A stretch of DNA of 51,951 nucleotides from Thermoproteota archaeon. Lineage in GTDB: Archaea > Korarchaeota > Korarchaeia > Korarchaeales > Korarchaeaceae. Below, piece after piece: positions 46,709 to 51,951 of the stretch. The stretch is from NCBI GenBank assembly GCA_015522685.1, contig WALU01000005.1, positions 1 through 51,951 on the forward strand, read 5' to 3'. A model generated the notes under the pieces. The model did no database searches and had not been told where the DNA came from. It saw only the letters and a list, made by a program, of their open reading frames with translations. Within the stretch, counting starts at the first letter, position 1; each line of letters opens with the position of its first letter. Made by a program: the position numbers and the translations under genes.

Positions 46709-47183
46709 ACTTTATCCCCTTCCATCCCAGTTCTTTAGATAGCCAGAGAGTGGTTACATACCCTTTTGTTTTCTTCGGTTTAAGTGAATCTATAGTGTAT
46801 TTAATGTATTCCTTCGGATCTTCCTTGAGATTTACATCCATTTTCATTCTAGAGAGTTCATTCGGTATCTCTATAAATACCTTGAGTCTCTTTATGGCTT
46901 CTCTTCCCTTTGCTTTCTTCATTGGAAGCATTCCTTTTACGGTCTTCCACACAATTCTATCGGGGGTTCTGGGTTGTATAGGAGACTTTCTAGGGCTTAT
47001 TGTACTTTGAATGGCTCTTCTAGTTCTATACTTTCTAAGAATCGTTTGAGGATTTCCTGTTATAATAGCCTTTTCTGCGTTCACTATGGCTACCCTCTTA
47101 CCCTTAAGTAGTTCTTTTGCCGCAAATGAAGAGATCCTCCCGAGAATTTTCCCCTCGGCATTTATAACTAAGTCAAATTTCAA
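46692..47183 (-). CDS. rpl13: 50S ribosomal protein uL13
   Basis: ILGR..S..AK.LL.G..V..VNAEK..ITG, PR.PD.I....VKGMLP. Confidence 0.96.
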   Translation of the reverse strand: MKFDLVINAEGKILGRISSFAAKELLKGKRVAIVNAEKAIITGNPQTILRKYRTRRAIQSTISPRKSPIQPRTPDRIVWKTVKGMLPMKKAKGREAIKRLKVFIEIPNELSRMKMDVNLKEDPKEYIKYTIDSLKPKKTKGYVTTLWLSKELGWKGIKYVEEK

Positions 47184-47197
47184 ATATATCACCTTGT

Positions 47198-47560
47198 TCA
47201 TACCAGTATCTTAATATTAGAGCCTTTAGGATTCTCCTCAGCATACTCATCTAGCAAATAGGTTTTGCCTCCGGTAGCTTCTATCTTTCTCTCGGCAGTT
47301 TTTGAGAAGCTAGCGGCGGCTATCGTAGCTGGCTTATTTATCTCTCCTTCTCCTAGAACCTTACCTGGAACTATTATCGCCCTAGATTCCTCTAAATACT
47401 TGCCTATTTTCCATAAGTTAATTTCTACCCTAGCTCTAGTAGGCTTTCTAAGATTATCTGCAACGGCCTTCCATACTGCAGCATTGTTAAGCCTAGATAC
47501 CTTCTCAAGCCTGTTTATCATTCTTATCAATCTTGGATTCATTGGTCCTGTTGGCTTCAC
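47198..47560 (-). CDS. rpl18e: 50S ribosomal protein eL18
   Basis: TGP.NP, W..VA..L..P.R.R.E.N, VPGKVLG.G, NPKG; GTG start after GGAGG. Confidence 0.96.
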   Translation of the reverse strand: MKPTGPMNPRLIRMINRLEKVSRLNNAAVWKAVADNLRKPTRARVEINLWKIGKYLEESRAIIVPGKVLGEGEINKPATIAAASFSKTAERKIEATGGKTYLLDEYAEENPKGSNIKILV

Positions 47561-47613
47561 AATAATCCTCCTCTCACATAGAGTGACCATTACGGCTTTA
47601 ATAAAGATGTATA

Positions 47614-47700
47614 TGCGGGGGGTGGGATTCGAACCCACGAGGGCCTAACGCCCACCCGCCCCTCAAGCGGGCGCCTTGGACCTGGCTTGGCTACCCCCGC
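47614..47700 (-). tRNA. tRNA-Leu(GAG)
   Basis: GCGGGGG/CCCCCGC acceptor, CCCGC-TTGAGGG-GCGGG anticodon arm, long variable arm. Confidence 0.95.
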
Positions 47701-47739
47701 CTTATTCTACCTGATAACACTTCTCTTATTAAAGCTTAA

Positions 47740-48504
47740 TCATCTGATCCCATTTGATAATTCATTGAACTTGAGCTTCAGCTGATCCAATGCTTCTAAG
47801 AAAATCTCACTAGGTGTTAAAGAGCCAGTACTCTCATACCTAAGTATGATTCTGGACTGATCCCACTCCCTCTTGACTTTGCCAGGATTATTCAGCCTAC
47901 ATTTCTCGAGCTCCTCCAAGCAACCATTGTATATGGTGGGATATTCTACTTTAACAATTTTCCTCTTCTTCTTCATACAGCCGTCACATTTTGATAGATT
48001 ACATAGTTTCAATAACGATCTTTCAAATTCATACATGGGCATGAAGCTATAACCAACTGCGGCAGCTGCCTGCCATTTTGAGTGATTTTTTCCTCTTCCA
48101 ACTCTAGCTATGGCTTGAAATCTTATTCTCTGCCCTTGTCTCATTTTTATTATCGGTATTCTATTGCTAGCTGGTATGACTAGGGGGTCTGATGATTTAA
48201 GGTCCCCAGAGTATATAGTCTCAGTGGATTCTTTAGCCTCCCTTTCAAGCTCAAGGATAACAGTTCTATTGGGATCAGTTTTAACAACGTCCATGCTTGT
48301 TTTAAGGGGAATCATAGCCAATCTATGGGCTATATATTCATCGAAGAAAGGCGTTGAATTTTCAAAGAATATAACTTCATCTACCGCGAATATTGGGATT
48401 TCTGATATTATGGCTCTCCTTATGGCATTTACTAAGGTAGGCTTGGCATCTTCAATCACTAAAATGGCTTTATAGCCATTTAAATCTATAATTCTAGCTT
48501 TCAA
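47740..48504 (-). CDS. rpoD: RNA polymerase subunit Rpo3 (D)
   Basis: NAIRRA..SE.P.FA...V...EN....DE..AHRL..IPL, G.GK.H.KW, ES.GSL. Confidence 0.95.
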   Translation of the reverse strand: MKARIIDLNGYKAILVIEDAKPTLVNAIRRAIISEIPIFAVDEVIFFENSTPFFDEYIAHRLAMIPLKTSMDVVKTDPNRTVILELEREAKESTETIYSGDLKSSDPLVIPASNRIPIIKMRQGQRIRFQAIARVGRGKNHSKWQAAAAVGYSFMPMYEFERSLLKLCNLSKCDGCMKKKRKIVKVEYPTIYNGCLEELEKCRLNNPGKVKREWDQSRIILRYESTGSLTPSEIFLEALDQLKLKFNELSNGIR

Positions 48505-49432
48505 CTTTTTCACCTTTCTTATGCAATATTTCTACCCATGGATTGCTCAGCATTTCTTTAAGTACTTCGTCAGCCTCTTGAGCACTAGGAGGTAGTGCTG
48601 CACCTTTATTAATTTCGATCTTTTGATATGATTTTATCTCCTCGTGACCTTTAATCATTTCCGCATTTTCCTTGGAGTAAGAATTGTCACTATGCGATTT
48701 AATCCGATGTTGCTTATAATCCATTGGGTGTAAATTAAACTGATTATCAGGATATTGCCCACCTAGGAGCCTTATCATTGCTTCTAGCAGTTCTACCCTC
48801 TTTTCCAGTTCATGAAGCTTGTTCATTATTTCAAGCTGATTCTCTTCCTCCTTAACCTCCAATAAGACGGATTTCATTGATTCATGCACCGCTTTCTTCA
48901 GTTCATTGACTATTTCATTCATATATCCACCGAATTCCTTGTTGATCTTTCCCTGCTTTTCTTTAATCTCTTGATAAGTTCTTTTAACATCTTGCCTCTC
49001 TCTAATTTTTGTTCTAATTCGATTTTGATTCTTTCTTTTAGGTGTGTTAATTTCAATGGATTCATCTCTGGGATATAAATCCCTCATCGATCTTATGGTC
49101 ACCTTTGCGAGCAATCCTTCCCTTTTGATCTCATCATCCAATTCCTCTTGAAGATCTCTTAAATCTCTAGGTGGAACCCATACTTCCACTCGATCGAATT
49201 TTATACTCGCTCTCTTATGAACCAGCATCAGAGATTTTATCCAACTAAGAAAATCTCCGTCTCTATATGGATCAAATGTTATGATCAGGAGCCTAAGCTC
49301 TCTTCTTCCCCTTATGGTGATGAGTGCAGAATGTCCATCCAATCCGAGTCTTTCAAATTCTACTTTACCTGATAAGTTCTTCTTATACCAGCCTAGCAGT
49401 GTTTCAAGTTGATATATGCTCTCCCCTGGCAC
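48494..49432 (-). CDS. Hypothetical protein with coiled coil, inserted in the S13-S4-S11-RpoD operon
   Basis: 312-aa ORF, GAGGT RBS plus GTG start, overlaps the rpoD start. Confidence 0.8.
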   Translation of the reverse strand: MPGESIYQLETLLGWYKKNLSGKVEFERLGLDGHSALITIRGRRELRLLIITFDPYRDGDFLSWIKSLMLVHKRASIKFDRVEVWVPPRDLRDLQEELDDEIKREGLLAKVTIRSMRDLYPRDESIEINTPKRKNQNRIRTKIRERQDVKRTYQEIKEKQGKINKEFGGYMNEIVNELKKAVHESMKSVLLEVKEEENQLEIMNKLHELEKRVELLEAMIRLLGGQYPDNQFNLHPMDYKQHRIKSHSDNSYSKENAEMIKGHEEIKSYQKIEINKGAALPPSAQEADEVLKEMLSNPWVEILHKKGEKVES

Positions 49433-49487
49433 AGGGTTTTACCTCTCGCTATATGATCTAGTATGAAAATAAAAATTTGGGGAGAAT

Positions 49488-49889
49488 TCAGACTCTTCTA
49501 CCCCTTCTACCATGAGGTCTCCTGCATCCATCATGAGGGATAGGGGTTACATCCTCGACCCTGACTAAAATTAAACCTGATCTGGAGAATCCTCTTATTG
49601 CAGCTGTAGCACCAGGGCCAGGTATTCTGCTTTTTATCCCACCAGGAGCTCTAACTTTTACTATGAGGTGTGTTATTCCCCTCCTCTGGGCCTCCTTAGC
49701 AGCAGCTATGGCAGCTTTCAAGGCAGCATAGGGAGAGCCCTCTAACCTATCTGCATCCACGAACATGCCGCCAGAATACCTAGCTATAGTCTCAGCCCCT
49801 GTTATGTCCGTTATGTGGACTATTGTATCATTGAATGATGAGTATATATGAGCTACGCCCATTTTTCCTTTCTTTTGACTTGCAGACAT
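49488..49889 (-). CDS. rps11: 30S ribosomal protein uS11
   Basis: [37 protein letters not shown]. Confidence 0.97.
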   Translation of the reverse strand: MSASQKKGKMGVAHIYSSFNDTIVHITDITGAETIARYSGGMFVDADRLEGSPYAALKAAIAAAKEAQRRGITHLIVKVRAPGGIKSRIPGPGATAAIRGFSRSGLILVRVEDVTPIPHDGCRRPHGRRGRRV

Positions 49890-49893
49890 GCGA

Positions 49894-50412
49894 TCACCTT
49901 CCTTGATTTATCTCCTGCTTAGGGATTTCTTCCTCTAGGCATGTAGGGTGAGTACATACTACTGCTTTCTCCTCTTCTAAAGTGACAAGATACCCTGGTT
50001 GCTTTATTCTCCTGCTATTTACTCTTATATGACCGTGAGTTACCAGTTGTCTGGCCATATAAGGAGTTTTAGCAAATTCCTTCTTCCAAACAATAGTTTG
50101 CAGCCTTCTCTCTAAAAATTGATCTACAGTTAGATCAAGCAGATCATCCAGCGTTGCATTCTTACCTACAACACCTAGCCTCTGAAGCCTACTTATTATT
50201 GGTTGTACCTTAGCCCTCTCCTCCTCAGGAGCTGCAAGAAGTTCTCTAGCTACTCTCCTGTATTTCTTCGCTATGGAGCTTACTCTCCATAGCTCTCTCT
50301 TGTTTCTTAATCCATAATAACCGGCCAATCTATTTGTTTCCTCTAAAACTCTACTATCCCAAGGTTTATAGGGCCTATCATATTTCTTCCTCGGCCTCCT
50401 AGGATCTCCCAA
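49894..50412 (-). CDS. rps4: 30S ribosomal protein uS4
   Basis: GDP....[32 protein letters not shown]. Confidence 0.97.
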   Translation of the reverse strand: MGDPRRPRKKYDRPYKPWDSRVLEETNRLAGYYGLRNKRELWRVSSIAKKYRRVARELLAAPEEERAKVQPIISRLQRLGVVGKNATLDDLLDLTVDQFLERRLQTIVWKKEFAKTPYMARQLVTHGHIRVNSRRIKQPGYLVTLEEEKAVVCTHPTCLEEEIPKQEINQGR

Positions 50413-50431
50413 TCAATCACCTCTCCATTAT

Positions 50432-50884
50432 TCACTTCTTTCTCTGATAACCAGCAATTCTTCCTACTCTGCTCGTTGTCTTGGTTCTCTGCCCTCTTAC
50501 CTTCAACCCTAAATCGTGCCTTATGCCCTTCCAATTCTTTATCTTTTTCATTAGGTTTATGTCTTGAGTCATAGCCCAGCTTATGTCATCTCCGATCAAA
50601 ATCTTAGAATCGTTAGTTTTAGGATCCTTCTGTCTATTCATTGTCCACCAGGGGATCCCATATTTATCTGAATTATTTATCACGTCCTCTATTTTAGCAA
50701 ACTCCTCGTCGCTTAGCTCACCTAGTAACTTATTGGGATTAATACCAGCTTTATTCAGTATAATCTTCGCTAAAACGAAATTTATCCCCTTAACATTTGT
50801 TAGAGAAACTATTACCTGCTTAGTACCGTCCAAGGTTGTGTTGAGGAGCCTCACTATTCTCCTTAGCTCAGTAGTTTCTGACAA
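50432..50884 (-). CDS. rps13: 30S ribosomal protein uS13
   Basis: IVR...T.LDG, P.W..NRQKD, G.RH..GLKVRGQRTKTT. Confidence 0.97.
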   Translation of the reverse strand: MSETTELRRIVRLLNTTLDGTKQVIVSLTNVKGINFVLAKIILNKAGINPNKLLGELSDEEFAKIEDVINNSDKYGIPWWTMNRQKDPKTNDSKILIGDDISWAMTQDINLMKKIKNWKGIRHDLGLKVRGQRTKTTSRVGRIAGYQRKK

Positions 50885-51011
50885 TTCCTCACCTTCTCTC
50901 GGAAGGTGATATCTAATTTGTAATATAAGATTTTGCTCTCGATCACTAGAGTTATAGCACCTTGCTTTATATTTAGCATATAAAGGTCGAGGCGAGATGT
51001 ATTATTCAAAG

Positions 51012-51096
51012 CGCCGGGGGAGGGATTCGAACCCTCGCGGCCCAATGGGCCACTGGCTCTCCAGGCCAGCCCCCTACCGGGCTAGGGCACCCCGGC
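51012..51096 (-). tRNA. tRNA-Ser(GGA)
   Basis: GCCGGGG/CCCCGGC-G, CTGGC-CTGGAGA-GCCAG anticodon arm, long variable arm. Confidence 0.95.
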
Positions 51097-51142
51097 CCTT
51101 TACTTTAAAGTCCTAGTATTGGTCAATTCACCCGAGATTTAA

Positions 51143-51951
51143 CTATTGCGCACCATTATCAGGCTCATTCTTCTTCTTAGGTTTCCACATTGGCGGGTAG
51201 AGATCCCTAGGCATTACTACCCTATTTATTTCCGCTACAATTCCCTCTTCAGCTTTAACTATTTCATCTGAGTTCATGATAGATTTACCAATGGCCACTA
51301 ATTCTCCTTTAAGGGTTATTATAGCGACAGTCCTCCCTTTCTCTATGTCTTTGGTGAGAGAGCCCACACCTTTTGCCTTTAGAGAAGCTCCATAGGCTAC
51401 AGATGCCACAGCGCTATCTTTTATCACTATCTTAGGCATGTCTTTTATTGCTACCTCTAGAGGCAAGATTACTCTTCTAAGCTCGCTATCATCACCAGAT
51501 CTCTTCCACTCTTGATAGGCTTCGTATAACTGTTGAAGGGTTACGCTATTCTTCTCATCAAAAATACCGGACCTTATCCTCCTTAATTCCCTCATGCTTC
51601 CCCCAACACCCAGATATTCTCCTATATCGAAGAAGAGCTTCCTTATGTATGTCCCAGATTCTACATGCACCTTTATCAGATGGAACCTTCCTTCACTCTC
51701 CAAGAGATCAATGGAGTACACCTCTCTGATCCTCAAGCTTCTCTTAACAGCAGATTTCACCGGAGGTCTCTGAAAAATCGGACCAAGGAATCTCTTGGAG
51801 GCCTTATTTAGCTCTTCTTGGCTAACATTATCATGTATATAAAGTACACCTATGTACTCCTTATCTGAATTAGCTATAATCCTGCTTAGTTTCGTTGCGT
51901 TTCCTAGAACTACTGGAAGGACCCCTGATACCTTGGGATCTAAGGTACCAC
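51143..51951 (-). CDS. cbf5: H/ACA RNA-guided pseudouridine synthase Cbf5 (N-terminus beyond window end)
   Basis: Manual extension gives GTLDPKVSGVLP, KEY, QRPP.KSAVKR.LR.R, GTYIRKL, ELRR.RSG, PUA domain. Confidence 0.95.
   Translation of the reverse strand, partial: GTLDPKVSGVLPVVLGNATKLSRIIANSDKEYIGVLYIHDNVSQEELNKASKRFLGPIFQRPPVKSAVKRSLRIREVYSIDLLESEGRFHLIKVHVESGTYIRKLFFDIGEYLGVGGSMRELRRIRSGIFDEKNSVTLQQLYEAYQEWKRSGDDSELRRVILPLEVAIKDMPKIVIKDSAVASVAYGASLKAKGVGSLTKDIEKGRTVAIITLKGELVAIGKSIMNSDEIVKAEEGIVAEINRVVMPRDLYPPMWKPKKKNEPDNGAQ

Noticed and set aside
1-51951. CRISPR arrays, IS elements, inteins, rRNA
   Set aside because: None seen by eye: no periodic repeats, transposase motifs or oversized proteins

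Overview
Gene-dense archaeal chromosomal region with many TTG/GTG starts and GGTGA/GAGG ribosome-binding sites. Ribosomal protein sequences and gene content suggest a TACK archaeon, most likely Korarchaeota (my recognition, not verified). Right end: conserved informational superoperon (cbf5, tRNA-Ser, rps13-rps4-rps11-[orphan]-rpoD, tRNA-Leu, rpl18e-rpl13-rps9, eIF5A, SRP54, pus10, rpl21e, rpoF, DUF655). Also present: pheST, CCA-adding enzyme, enolase, TFE, NAC, MBF1, SRP RNA, 7 tRNAs (one with a BHB intron), tatA/tatC, aspartate kinase and homoserine dehydrogenase, tungsten/molybdenum cofactor genes (moeA x2, moaB), a FOR-type aldehyde:ferredoxin oxidoreductase, an Asp-ligated ferredoxin, the LipS1/LipS2 lipoyl synthase pair and citrate synthase. 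I saw no mobile element, CRISPR array or rRNA. Best leads: (1) a five-gene cofactor-salvage run built around a type II (eukaryote/staphylococcal-type) pantothenate kinase and an ECF S-component; (2) a membrane FHA protein paired with a Ser/Thr kinase that carries a degenerate FHA domain; (3) an orphan coiled-coil gene inserted between rps11 and rpoD. All functional calls come from motif recognition by eye; no database search was run.
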